A stretch of 64,000 nt of DNA from Utricularia gibba (Eukaryota; Plantae; Magnoliophyta), in assembly GCA_002189035.1 (NCBI GenBank), contig NEEC01000002.1, forward strand, positions 4,340,001 through 4,404,000. The letters are read 5' to 3'. This document shows, piece after piece, positions 11,678 to 24,354 of the stretch. The position numbers and the translations under genes are program-made. The notes under the pieces are model-generated. The model made no database searches and was not told where the DNA came from. It saw nothing but the letters and a program-made list of their open reading frames with translations. How positions within the stretch are numbered: position 1 is the first letter of the stretch; each line of letters starts with the position of its first letter.

Positions 11678-14600
11678 ATGGGTATTGAGAAAAGTTCAAT
11701 TGGTTGTTTGCAAGGTGCCCGCACCACAAGTATGAGAAGCATACCCGTGTGAAATTCTTTTTGAAAGACTTATTACCACGTATGAGAACATAGTTAGACG
11801 CTGCTATTGGAGGGAGCATACCCTTGTGAAATTCTCACAGGCCTAGACAAAGATTAAAGAAGTGGTGGAGCATTATGGGAAGATGAATCAAGACTTTAAA
11901 AATGTGAATGAGACGGACAAGAAAATAAGTGAGCTGCAAGATATGATGAGAGAATTATGCATGGTGCAGTCTAAGTTAATTCTATGTGAGCTATGCGCAG
12001 TCTAAGAGAATTAGTGTATACAACAGAAACATGTTGATAACAAATATTTTTAAGTGGCTTAATCCATGGAATTTACTCATTTTATGCTACAAAAATTAAG
12101 CTTAATTGCCTATTTCTATATTTTTGCACATAAGTACCGTAGGAGTGCACTTTTAGTCTTAGTTGGGACTGAACCCTAAACCTAAACCAACCTTCTAACA
12201 GTTCCTTTCGAGCAATGCAGCATGGGTCGCCACAAATCCCAAGGAGCCGAGTATGAACAGTGTGGTGGCAGGAAAGGTGACAGAAGTCTGAAGAAGAGTA
12301 CACACAAAGTCCAAGGAGGGGAGAAAGGAAGATTTTGGACAAAAAGGGAGGAAAGGTGGAGAGAGAAGGAGATCTCTCTTTGGAGACTCAAGACAAGTTT
12401 CTGGAGATTTTTCTGGAGAAAGAAGAAGGAGGGGACGACGAACCAGAAGAACACAGCTTCTCTTGAGAAATTATTTTCGTCTTCATGTTTACTATTCCTA
12501 GCTAAGACTAGATTTGGATTTCCTGTGTGAATGAAGTGTTTGTCCTACTTTTGCTTCATATTGCTCATTGTTGTTTAGCATTTGTAGCTAAGATGTTGCT
12601 TAGTATCTGTTATGAAGATGTTTTACTTTCCATTACCATGAGTAGCTAAGCACTTAAAGGGGGATGCCTTGGGGTGAGAAAGGGAGAAATATGCTAATCC
12701 ATCCTTAGACCTAATAAATTATAAATCACACTAATTCCTTAGCAAACCAGGATAGATCCAGGAGGGGGAGGTAGTGAAACCCAACTAACAACCCTAATTA
12801 GAGGTAGACCAAAGATTAAGGGGAAAAACAAGAATCCGGGTAGACCTAGCTCTTGTGAGTTAGTTGAATGATTTTTGATTTATGTAAGCTTGTTTAGTGA
12901 TATGCATACATCCCCTAGGAGTCCCAAGGCATCACTCATTCCATTCCAGAAACTACCAAATCCAAACTTGTTACTTTTCTTTACTGTATTTCGTTGTAGT
13001 CCCGACTTAGTCCTAGTTAAGACTAATTTTACCAACGTGACACTGATTTCATGCTTTGGCTAATCACTTGACAAGCACCTGCTCTTCGTGTTCGACCCTA
13101 ATCACTATGCTCATAATTGTTTTATGCTTGAATGTGGGTTAGGTTATAAATTTATTTGATGGGAAAATTTGCATTTAACGACATTGCATAATTTTTCGTT
13201 TATCACATGTCTATTGAAGGAAGATAATGTTGGAGTCAATGCTTTGGGTTATGCTTAAAATCAGGGATGATGGTGCCAACCTTGGCCCTTTGCTCCCAAG
13301 CGTGCAAATTTGAGCTGGAGGAATGTGAATGCACTGAACCAACATACATTACAGCAAAATCAGCCACACCAAGTCACCTAGCCTCAAGCAACCTCCATAG
13401 CTGACTTAACTACAAGGACAAACTTATAAGAATTTTAAGTAGAAGCGATTGCAGTAAAGAATGTATCAGCCCCCTCATCGGAGGAAGGATCAGGTGAAAC
13501 CAGGACCATCTTTTGAAGAAATGATGAGATGTATATTGAAGGAAATGCGCAAGGAAAGGGAGGAAGCAAAAATGAAAAATAGTCAATGTAGGGAGCAATC
13601 AAAAACATTGAAAAGCATGTTGAAAAATTAGCTACAAGAGTTGGAGAAATCAAGAACGAATTCAGGAAGATGCCTTCTCAACCTTCAGTGAACCTACAAG
13701 TAAATATTTATGTGATTGAGTTGAGAAGCAAGAAGATATTGCCTGATAGAGAGGTGATTCAACCTCACTGTTAGTACAATGATGAACTAGTTCGAGAAAC
13801 AAATGAAGAGAGAACATTGAAGAAGACAGTGGTAAGAGGCAATCTAAACACTCAACCACTAAAGAGAAGATAGAGCAAAGGTGACTTAGCCCACATTTCT
13901 AGGGAGGTTGAAGAATAGTGGAAAGAAAGCTAAAGCACAGAGCACTATCTCTACCCTGAACTTAGCTATGGTAACTATGAAGGCAGTCAATTATTTGAAG
14001 CAGGTTCTGAGAGGACTCAAAATTCTGAAGGAATTGTGCAGAGCTTCCAAAGTTGCTCTTGCTGGAAAGGAATATGTAACGATCAATGCGAGTATTACTG
14101 CTCTTATTGATAAGGGACTTCCCTCTAAATGTAGAGATATAGGTACTTATTATACTTTTTTCAAGATGGAAGGAAGGGAAATTCCTAGTGCGATGGTCAA
14201 TCAAGGAGTAGGGATTAACATGATGCCATTGGACGTCTATGAGTCTCTTGGACTTGAACCTTTGATGAAGACTAACACACGATTGATTCTAGCGATGAGA
14301 GTAACTACCATTCCTAAAGGAATTGCGGAGGATGTGCTGGTGCAAGTGTCAAAGATCCTATACCCAGTTGACTTTGTGGTGGTGAAGATTCCTCCAATGA
14401 AAGCAGATGACAACACTATTATTTTGGGAAGGCCATTCTTAGTCACAGTCGATGTGCACATTAGATGTAAGAAAGGAGAGATGACTCTAAGATAATTTTG
14501 TGACTTTCAGAGTTGTAGAACTAGAGGTTGGGATGTATGAAGTTGGAATAGTGATCGAAGAAGAACATGCCGAAGATGGTGTTGCTGATGATCACAAAGA

Positions 14601-16170
14601 TATTAATGACGAATTGATAGAAGAGGTCTACACCCAAGAGATGGAAAAAACAGTTATCATTGCTTAAGTGGATGAAGAAGGAAGTTTGACACCCAACCTG
14701 GATGTCGAGAGGTCTTTCAATGAAGTAGGAGTTGGGAAGTGTCTTGTGAGAAGAAACCGGATTTTAAGCCACTCCACAAGGACTTAAAGTATATTTATTT
14801 AGTAGAAGGTAATACTTTATCTATTATTGTTAGTGTTGATCTAACTTCTAAGTAGGATCAAAAGCTCTCGAGAGTGCTAAAGAAATACTGGAAAGCGATT
14901 GGTTGAACTCTAGAGGATATCCAAGGGATCTACCCACTAGTTTGCATGCATCGGACTTTGTTGGAGGATGATGCCAAGCAAATCTGACAAGCATAGCAAA
15001 GAGGCAGCGAAGGAAGTAGAAAAGTAGTTGAAGGTGGTGCTGATTTATTCCATTTTGAATAGCAAATATGTTAGTTCGGTTCTCGTGGTGCCAAAGAAAA
15101 CAAGGATCATAAGTGCCAAACAGACGGAGAGTGTATTGATTACCGAAAACTAAATGATGTCACATGAAAGGGCCACTACCCCTCCCATTCATTGATCAAA
15201 TTCTTGATAACCTTAGTAGTAAGGTATACTATTGTTTTCTTGATAGATATTCAGGTTAAAACCAAGTGGTGGTTGCACTGTAGGATCAAGAGAAGACATC
15301 ATTCACTTGCCCATTCAATATGTTTGCTTATAAGAGGCCATTTGGTTTATGTAATGCTCCTACTACATTTCAAAGAAGTGTGACAAAATTTTTTTTTGAT
15401 TTTATTGACAAAAACATGGAGGTGTTCATGGATGATTTACCATTACATGAATCGAATTTTGATGAATGTTTAGATAATTTGGAAACAATTTTAGGTAGAT
15501 GTATTGAGAAAGATTTGGTGCTTAATTCTAAAAAATGACATTTCATGGTTAGACAAGGGATAGTTTAATTATTCACAAGTTGATCTTGCTATAGTTGATA
15601 GGATGTAAAAGGAATACGATCATTTTCGGGATATGTGGGTTTTTATCGCAGGTTTATCAAGTATTTTTAAACTATCGCTAAACCCTTGACTAAGTTGTTG
15701 AAGCAGGATGTCAAAAGCAATGGATGAAGCTCAAAGAAATTATACGACTATGGAAAACGAAATGTTAGTTGTTATCTTTGCCGTTAATTGGGAGTAAGAT
15801 TATTGCCCATACTGACAATACAGCTATTAGATATCTAATGTCAAACTTGGACACAAGGCTAAGGTTGCTGCAGTGGGTGCTACTACTCCAAGAATTCGAT
15901 GTGGAAATCAATGACAAACAAGGCAAAGAGAACTACGTAGCTAATCATTTGGGCAGAATTGAGAAGTCGATGGATGGAGAGCAGATAGCTGATACTTTTC
16001 TTGACAAATTAATCAGTGCAATCTCACTCTCAAGTAAGACCGAGGAACCCTTGTATGCAGATTTAGCTAAATTTCTTTCTACACGAAAGATCAATGAAAA
16101 CTTGAAAAGCCACGAGAAACTGAAGCTGAAGGGTGACAACAAGTACTACATATGGGATGACTCGTATTTA
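11678..16170 (+). mobile_element. Degraded Athila-like gag-pol (gag, aspartic protease, RT, RNase H), interrupted by a solo LTR
   Basis: gag ARCPHH motif about 11710; protease region 13908-14495 (SINMMP-like, DFVV, ILGRPFL); RT fragments 15000-15540 (PFGLCNAPTTFQR, MEVFMDD); RNase H 15769-16170 (HTDNTAIRYL, WVLLLQEFD). Many stops and frameshifts. Confidence 0.92.
12035..13205 (+). mobile_element. Solo LTR, 1171 bp, nested in gag
   Basis: TGATAA...TTATCA termini; perfect TSD CATGT (12030-12034 and 13206-13210); same family and length as 61876-63046. Confidence 0.92.
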
Positions 16171-17499
16171 TGGAAGAGTTGTAGTGGTTTGGGACTGACT
16201 GGTTTCCCATCTTCGTCCCAAACCTTAATAATTCCCATTGTAACCATTAGAACATACACAATGCCGAATAGCTTTTTGAAAGGAAAAGAAACACACCCGA
16301 GCCCAAAACACTTCAAATTAAGGCCAGGGGATCAAAATGATGGCAAAACAGGTGTAGTGATATACATAAAAAGAACATGTGAGATGCAAAACGCATGGTC
16401 AAACGTACCTAGAGAGATGCCCAACCGAGCTTCACTTCAGAATCATAGCCAGCCTTGAATTTGTAGTCCTTCCGAATGGGGTGTTTGTAGAGTTGAAGTG
16501 GTGGTACCAGTAGTTGTAGTATTAAGGTGGATGCTATTAGTAGGTAGCATGCATGGATTTAAAAAATATGCTCCATCAAGTAAAGTTCATGCAACAGCAT
16601 CACACCTCCACTTGTCGGAAGGATCAAACCTTCTTTTTAATGCAAATGATAACGCATGCAAGAATGATTGTCATCAGCTACCTTGAACTAATATTGCAAG
16701 TTTAAGCATTCCTCATTGTACTGGGCAGTGCAAAGTCCACCAAGAATATGACTTGTTAAAATTCCATTTGCAGAGAAAAACCTCTTTTCTTCTATTTCTT
16801 CATCTTTCTCAATCAAATAGACTTCACCCAGGAGGGAATTTAAAAGTTGCTCTTGGCTGCCAAAAAAAAATACCAATAATTCATTTGAAATGCTAAAGAA
16901 TGTGCATCTGGAAAACATGAATGTTTCTCCACAACGTGTTCTGACCATGCCAACAAATGCAACAACAGTTGACAGTTCTAGTTTGCATGCAGACCTAGGG
17001 AGATTTGTTGCCATAGCTACCTCCCCTTGTTGAGTCTAATAGTTGCACCCAAGTAGCACAAGATAGGCATTCTTTGAACTCCATAAAACACACCCAAATG
17101 TACAACCAATAGATTGAAATATAGGCCAAATTATATGAAAACATGTGAATAACCATTTATAAACTAAAACCCAACATAAGAATTCATAAGAAAATAACAG
17201 TTACATTTACTTGATGCAAAACTCTGAACTATAAACCAGGTAAAATATAAAAGAAACCTCGAAAAGATGATCATTGTACTCCAAATGTAAAGGTGATGAA
17301 ATCTGTGATTCTTTTGATATTCTACCTAGTTTATACTTCACAGCTTTACATGTAAACGTAACGAAATCTATGATTCTTTTGATGTGGAGGACAATGATGC
17401 TCTGCCCAAGACTTCTTTGTCAAGGAAAATCATGAAGTAGTTCGCACGACGCTTTGTGAATGAAAATGACACTATCACTATCATACTATCATGCTCCGA

Positions 17500-18500
17500 T
17501 GTCAACGGAGTTTTGACCGACCAATTACATAAAGATCCCAAGCTTTCGCTCTAGTGACGACCTAATGCCTACGGTCGGAATTCATTGAATTCACCAATCC
17601 ATTTCGAGGAAAGTTCCTAAATCGCGGACTTTTGCCATGCAAGGGTGGAAGCTGAAAAGGGTCAGAACAAGTGAATGCTATGCAAGTCAAGACCCTAGAG
17701 GAGAGGACAGCTGAGCTGAAGCCACTGCCCACACACCTGAAGTACGCATTCTTGGATGAAGAAATGAACAACCCTGTTATCATCTCAAATAGTCTTAGCT
17801 TAGACCAAGAATCGCGACTGCTGGACGTGCTGATCAGGAATAAGAAGGCGATTGGCTGGACTCTTGCAGATATTTGGGCGGGGTTTCAACAAAACACCAG
17901 TATGTAGATGGATAGTTTTCTTCTAAATAACTCGACAAGAAAACGATTCATCATCAGAAGTGAATTGAAATGAAAGGAGGATCCATTTGAAGAGATGATT
18001 TGATGTTTGTACATGGAATCTCTTACGCATGATTACCTCACAATGAGAGGTGATTGAATTCTGCCACTCCTCCCCATGTGGAGGTCAGCATGGATCAAAC
18101 ATAACAGCAAAGAACATACTTAATTGTGAGTATTATTGATCATTGATTTTTCGAGATCGCTTTCATTTTTGCAAGGCATGTGATGTGTGTCAATTAACAA
18201 ATAATATTACCAAAAAAAATGAAACGCCCTTATAGCCCATTTTTGTGACTGAAATATTCAATGTGTAGGAATTGATTTTATGGATCCATTTCCAAATTTT
18301 CATGGATATGAATATATTCTGGTATTTATAGATTATTTTTCTAGGTGAATAGAAGCAATACTGGCCCATAGGACATCAAAGCTGTGATGGATTTCTTGAA
18401 GAAAAAAATTTTAGTTCGATTTGGTGTTCCAAAAATACTCATTAGCGACAAGGGTCACACTTCTTCAACAAGGCTCTTGAAAAATTTTCTTCATGAATAT
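17500..18500 (+). mobile_element. Second Athila-like pol fragments (pre-RT linker, integrase zinc finger and core)
   Basis: ELKPLPTHLKYAFLDEE...NKKAIGWTLADI at 17700-17875; FCHSSPCGGQH about 18055-18090; MDFLKKKILVRFGVPKILISDKG at 18384-18460. Confidence 0.88.
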
Positions 18501-19239
18501 GATGTAGATTGTTTGTTCACTATTATAAATATCTTTAGAATTTTCCATCTATATATAGCTCATCATTATAAAACATTTGAGCAATCAATGAATCTATTTT
18601 TTCTACATCTCTTTGATGATCATTGGAAAACTCATCAATTCTTTGTTGTACTCATCAATTCATTGGAAAGTTGAGCAATTGATGGCTATCATCTTGTCCT
18701 CACAATCATCCAAGGGAGAATCACATCAGACTATTATCGTGCTTCTTCGCCAATCAGAGTGTAAAGGAGAGTAGATTATTTTTTGCTCCTATAACCAATT
18801 ATTCGGAAGAAATTAATGAAAGTCGAGGCGAGAATAGATAAAAGTAGGAAATGAAATCTTTTTCCCAAGAACTGCTTACATTAATCAAAGTCCATTACTA
18901 TGTTGTGTCTTTTGTTTATGTATTTCAAAAATCCTTTTACAAACCTGTGATAGTGTGTAAAAGTTTAGCACCAAACAGTTTTCGTAAAACTCAACTTACT
19001 GAGATTGACACTCCTACTACGCTTTATTTGTATTCTACGTTTTTCTATTTAAAATTTGTTGAGAAAACGATATGCAACATTATCAAATACTAAAAATATG
19101 ATGATCAAATTTCTAATACACCCTACAAGATCTAGGAAAAGGAGCAATAATGAAGCTAAGCTATAGATAAGGAAAAAAGAGAACTGGTGTAGGAAAGAAA
19201 TAAAAAAAAGAGAAGATGAAATGATGTATATAGCTATTC

Positions 19240-20110
19240 CATGACTGCCTCATGGCATCCACATGCTCCCACGGCATGATGCCCCCCGTGCACAAGCCCG
19301 CTATTGCACATCGCAGCCACGGGAGTGCATTAGACACCTACACGGAAACCTCGAGCATGCTATGGAGGCACGAACGAAATGGTCCAACTCAACTTCTTAA
19401 ACAAAGTATCGATCTCATAATTGAGGAATCGAAGTGGGAGAGCAGATATCAAAGTAAACTTTAATCAGTGCATGTCAAAACACGTTTTCCCTTACATCCA
19501 TGGGTGTGGCATCCCATATTAATCACACTGTTGCAAGTCATCTTGCGGGGAAATTTCCAGCATATTTATTCACTTCTCACATCCCATAATGAACTTGCTT
19601 CCCACGAACAATCTCATCATTAGATGGGCGAAGCAGAAGAGCAACGAGCTACAGGGAATGGCACACGACACGCAATGAAGATAGGCCCAACCAACGTCGT
19701 CACCACATGACATTCATATCATTTTCCAGTGATTCACAACAGTGGCTGCCCAATCACATCCTGATACTCCCACGGCATGACGCCCCCGCACATAAACCCG
19801 CTACCGTCAATCGCAGCCATGGGAGTGCACAGGATGCCTGCGTGGAACCCCCAAACATGCCACGGAGTCTCAAAATGGTGCACCTCAATTCTCACATCCT
19901 ATGAACGATCTTGCTGTCGAGCAAGCGATGCAGAAAGGCAATGACGGAGGTTGCTGATTCTCATCGCCACAGAGAACCCATGGTGGAAACCAACTATATA
20001 CACACAACCTTTCCTTGCTGTAGGGAACGGGACACGGCACACGACCAAGATTGAGGCCCAATCAATATCATACGGCGTTCATTAACATCATTCATCGATT
20101 TGCAATGGTC
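19240..20110. repeat. Diverged tandem duplication of a GC-richer unit (offset about 500 bp)
   Basis: 19265-19400 aligns with 19766-19900; 19650-19705 aligns with 20015-20070. Confidence 0.75.
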
Positions 20111-20253
20111 ATCCATTTCCAACCATCGCAAACGCGCAACAAACCCCACCAGTGCCAATGAACCTAAATCTTAATATGATTGGAGAAGGATTGGGGCGTT
20201 GAGTATAAGAGTGCAAATCTGGGTTGAAAACAAGCCTCTACCACTTTGTGACT

Positions 20254-20924
20254 TAGAGGTGCAATCTGTTCCAACACAAACCGATGGTTTTGATTCAGGT
20301 CGATTCGATTTAAAATATTCAAAAATTCTCATACATATTTTTCATGCATCTACACAAGTCAATATGAGTACCTAGAGTAAGCCTTTCCAGACGTAGTTCG
20401 TAGACATCCACACGAGGCAATGTGAGTGCCTAGGAAATGATCCCAGACATACCCAGACTTTCACATGGTTTGTGTGGGTGCTTGGAGTAAGGATTTTCAG
20501 CTTCTTGATATCTACAGTAGTGGATATGAGTGTCTAAAAAAATTTCCACCAATCATTCACTAATTAGGTCGCAATTCACCTCCAAATCATTCGAAAAACA
20601 AAATTATGCGATGGGTTTACTAATTTATAACCAACCCATTATTTTCACCTTCAAAACGAGCTTCATTAGTTAATAGAAGTATCTTAATTGAATGTAATCA
20701 TTACATTTAAATAGTAATTGATCAGTTTCGATTTAGGTTTGGTTCAGAAATTTCAGTTCCTGTTTTGAGCCGAAACCAAGATGTCAGTTTCAATTTCGGT
20801 TTGGTTTCAAGTTTAAGAATACGGTTCTGAACCGAAATCAAAATCGTGGTCCACACGGAATTGCGGTTAGTGAACTAACATTTGCTGAAACCGTGCAATT
20901 GCGAACTATCCGATCTCACTTCTA
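20254..20924. mobile_element. hAT-type MITE / non-autonomous element upstream of the MEF7-like gene
   Basis: Imperfect TIRs TAGAGGTGCAATC and TAGAAGTGAGATC (10/13); AACCG/CGGTT-rich subterminal motifs; flanking 8-mers TTGTGACT and CCGTGGCT (5/8, transitions only). Confidence 0.6.
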
Positions 20925-21129
20925 CCGTGGCTAACCACACTCCAACAACAGTCCGAATCTGTACTGGTGCTCTGCTCCAAAATTTCTTTTGGTCTCCGAT
21001 GGCATACGGAAATCTTCCACCCTCGAGTTCTTGTATACCTCTAACTACAACTACAAGACAGCGTGCCCGCTGTTATGTGCTCAATCCTCCCATGTTGACT
21101 ACACTGGCGGCATGGAACATTTAAAAAAA

Positions 21130-24100
21130 ATGAATAGACGAATCTTCTTCCCAATGTTCTTTCCTAGGAATCTATTTCCACCGTTGCACCGCCGCCTACC
21201 CTTCACCTCCCTCGACAAGCTTCGGCTTTTCCGAGTGTCCTCGCTCATTCGGATTATGTAACGCAGGAATGCATGTCCGTGAGTGCAACCGGGGTTTCAA
21301 CTTCCTTCTCTCAGGAGTTCGATTCCGTGATTCAGAGATTCCGTTTTTCTCATTCGAATGACGAAGCCACACAGCTCCATGGGGAATTTATCAAGAGGGG
21401 AGTTGTTGCTGACCTGTTCTTGGCCAATACACTCATCAGCGGTTATTCCAGGAGCCAATACTTGGTTTCTGCATATAATCTGTTCGATGAAATGCCTATT
21501 AGGAACACTGTGACGTGGTCCTGCATGATTTCTGGCTACATACAGAATGGACTTCCTGATGAAGCGTTGAGTTTATTTAGAGAGATGATATCGGCAGGAT
21601 GCTCACCGAATCATTATGCATTTGGGAGTGCTTTGAGGGCTTGCCAGATACTAGGACCTCAAGCGTTTACGCAAGGCTTGCAAATTCATGGGTTTATCTC
21701 TAAAACTCCCTACGGTTTGATGTAGTTGTGAGCAATGTCTTGCTTTCGATGTACGGGAGTTGCGTTCTTGGTTCTGAAGGTAGCGACTGTGCTTGGCGAG
21801 TTTTTGAAGGAATAGCACATAAGAATTCAATATCCTGGAACTGTATGATAAATATTTATTCCCATAGAGCTAATAAATCTTCGGCTTTCCGCCTTTTCTC
21901 TGATATGCAGAAGGAAGGTTGGAACTCTAGTCATCAACCCACGGAGTATACGTTTGCCAGCTTAATAGCTGCTGCAACTGAATCACTTTGGTGTGATCAT
22001 GCTTACTTGTTGCCTGAGCAGCTGCTAGCGAGGATTGAGAAGTCTGGATTCCTCCAAGATTTGTATGTGGGGAGTGCTCTTGTGAGTTGTTTTGCAAGAT
22101 ATGGAGGTATCATTATTGCAAAGAAGATTTTTTGGGGTATGGAAACTTACAATGCAGTATCGTTGAATGGGCTGATAACAGGGTTGGTGAAGCTGAAGAG
22201 AGGGGAAGAAGCAGTTGAGATTTTCTTGAATTCAAGGGGCATGATTAGACTGAATTCTGATACATACGTTCTTCTTCTCACGTCTTTTGGTGAGTTTCTT
22301 TGTCCAGACATGGGAAAAAAGAAGGGGACAGAGGTGCACGGGTTTCTTTTGCGAACAGGGATGATTGATTCAAGAATCCCAGTTGGTAACAGTCTCATTA
22401 ACATGTACATGAAGTGTGGTGAGGTTAAAGATGCCTATTCTGTCTTCAAATCTATGCTGAGCCGAGACGCGGTTTCTTGGAGCTCCATGATTTCTGGGCT
22501 CGACCAAAATGATCATTATGAGGATGCTTTGTCAACTTTATGCTTGATGAAGAGAAGTGGAGTAGTACCGTCAAATTTCACACTGATCAGCAGTCTCAGT
22601 TCTTGTAGCAGTCTGGGCTGGAAACACATGGGGAGCAAATTCACTGTGAAGGAGTTAAGTTGGGACTGAACCATGAAGTATCTGTCACAAATGCTCTCCT
22701 TTCCCTTTATGCTGATACCGGATGTACAAGTGAATGCAAGGAGGTGTTCAATTATATGCAGGAGTATGATCAAGTTTCCTGGAATTCAGTAATCAGAGCA
22801 TTTGCTGACTCTGATGCTTCCGTTCCCGTAGCCATGATGTACTTTATGGAGATGCTGCGGGCTGGATGGAATCCGAATTCCATCACATTCATAAATGTCC
22901 TCACAGCGGCCACATCTCTTTCTGACGTCCATCTTGCACATCAGATACACGCATTGATTTTCAAATGGGACATTTTTGACGACAATGCAGTAAAAAACTC
23001 TCTTCTTACTTGTTATGGAAAATGCGGAGAAATAGATGACTGTGAGCATATATTCACTGGGATGATAGAAAGGGATGTTATCAGTTGGAATTCCATGATA
23101 TCAGGGTATATCCATGCAGAGCGTTTATCAGATGCTATGGGATTAGTGTCCCTCCTCCTAAATAATGGTCATAGACTGGATTGTTTCACCTTTGCCACGG
23201 TTCTCAGTGCTTGCGCTTCTGTCGCCACACTGGAACATGGGATGGAAGTTCATGCGTGTGCTATTAGAGCGTGTCTGATCTCTGATGTTTTCATAGGCAG
23301 CGCACTAGTTGACATGTATGGAAAATGTGGGAGGATAGAATATGCATCCAAGTTTTTTGATTTGATGCCTATCCGTAATTTGTATTCCTGGAACTCCATG
23401 ATATCTGGGTATGCAAGGCATGGAGACGAATTAAAAGCACTGCAGACATTTACACGAATGAAACAGGAAAATCAGGTACCAGATCATGTGACATTTGTGG
23501 GTGTCCTATCAGCTTGTAGTCATATGGGATTGATCAAAGAAGGTTTCTTACATTTCGAGTCTATGACGAAATGTTACGGTCTGACGCCACAAATGGAGCA
23601 CTTCTCTTGCATGGTGGATCTCCTGGGAAGGGCAGGGGAGTTTGAAAAGTTGGAGGATTTCATAAAGAGAATGCCAATGAGCCCCAACGTTCTGATATGG
23701 AGGACTGTTCTCGCAGCTTGTTGGCGTGCAAATGGGCGTTTGCTTCATTTAGGGAGAAGAGCTGCAGAAAAGATAATGGAGTTAGAGCCTCAGAATCCCG
23801 TAAACTACGTTCTTGTAGCCAACATGTATGCGTGTGAGGGAAAATGGGAGACCATGGCGGCGGCACGCCATGGGATGAAGGCGGCAGCTGCTACGAAGGA
23901 AGCTGGGTGCAGTTGGGTCACCATGAAAGACGGCGTACATGTTTTTGTCTCGGGAGACAAATCTCATCCATCTTCGGATGCGATTTACATGAAGTCGAGA
24001 CAACTGCACCAAGAAATGAAGGCAAAAGGGTACGTGCCCGAGTTAAGGCATGCTATGCATGATCTTGAAGCGGAGAACAAGGAGGAAATTTTGAGTTACC

Positions 24101-24309
24101 ATAGTGAGAGGCTGGCAGTTGCTTTTGTTCTTACCCACAGAAAGTCAGAGATGCCAATAAGGATTATGAAGAATCTTCGAGTTTGTGTGGATTGCCACAC
24201 TGCTTTCAAATACATATCAGAAATTGTTGGACGACAGATTATTCTACGTGACTCCAACAGATTTCATCATTTCATGAATGGCAAGTGTTCGTGTAAGGAT
24301 TACTGGTGA
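21130..24309 (+). CDS. MEF7: PLS-E-DYW pentatricopeptide repeat protein, likely orthologue of At5g09950 (mitochondrial editing factor); intronless, with apparent 1-bp deletions near 21210, 21717 and 22631
   Basis: ORFs 21273-21725, 21728-22669 and 22660-24309 join into one collinear PLS-PPR; PG box (GCSWV), HSERLAVAF and CVDCH deaminase motifs, terminal CSCKDYW. Restoring three bases gives about 1060 aa from the ATG at 21130. Confidence 0.88.
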
Positions 24310-24354
24310 TTCGTCACCAAACCGAATTGCCTCTTTTGTTGTATAAAATGAATA

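Noticed and set aside
11739-11835. 20-bp near-perfect direct repeat in gag (also 23-bp repeat at 6785/6852 and about 50-bp repeat at 49810-49900)
   Set aside because: Small local duplications inside dead TEs with no evident function.
21130-24309. Programmed ribosomal frameshifting or RNA editing restoring the MEF7-like frame
   Set aside because: No canonical slippery heptamer or downstream structure seen; the same lesion type in PIP5K9 favours sequencing error.
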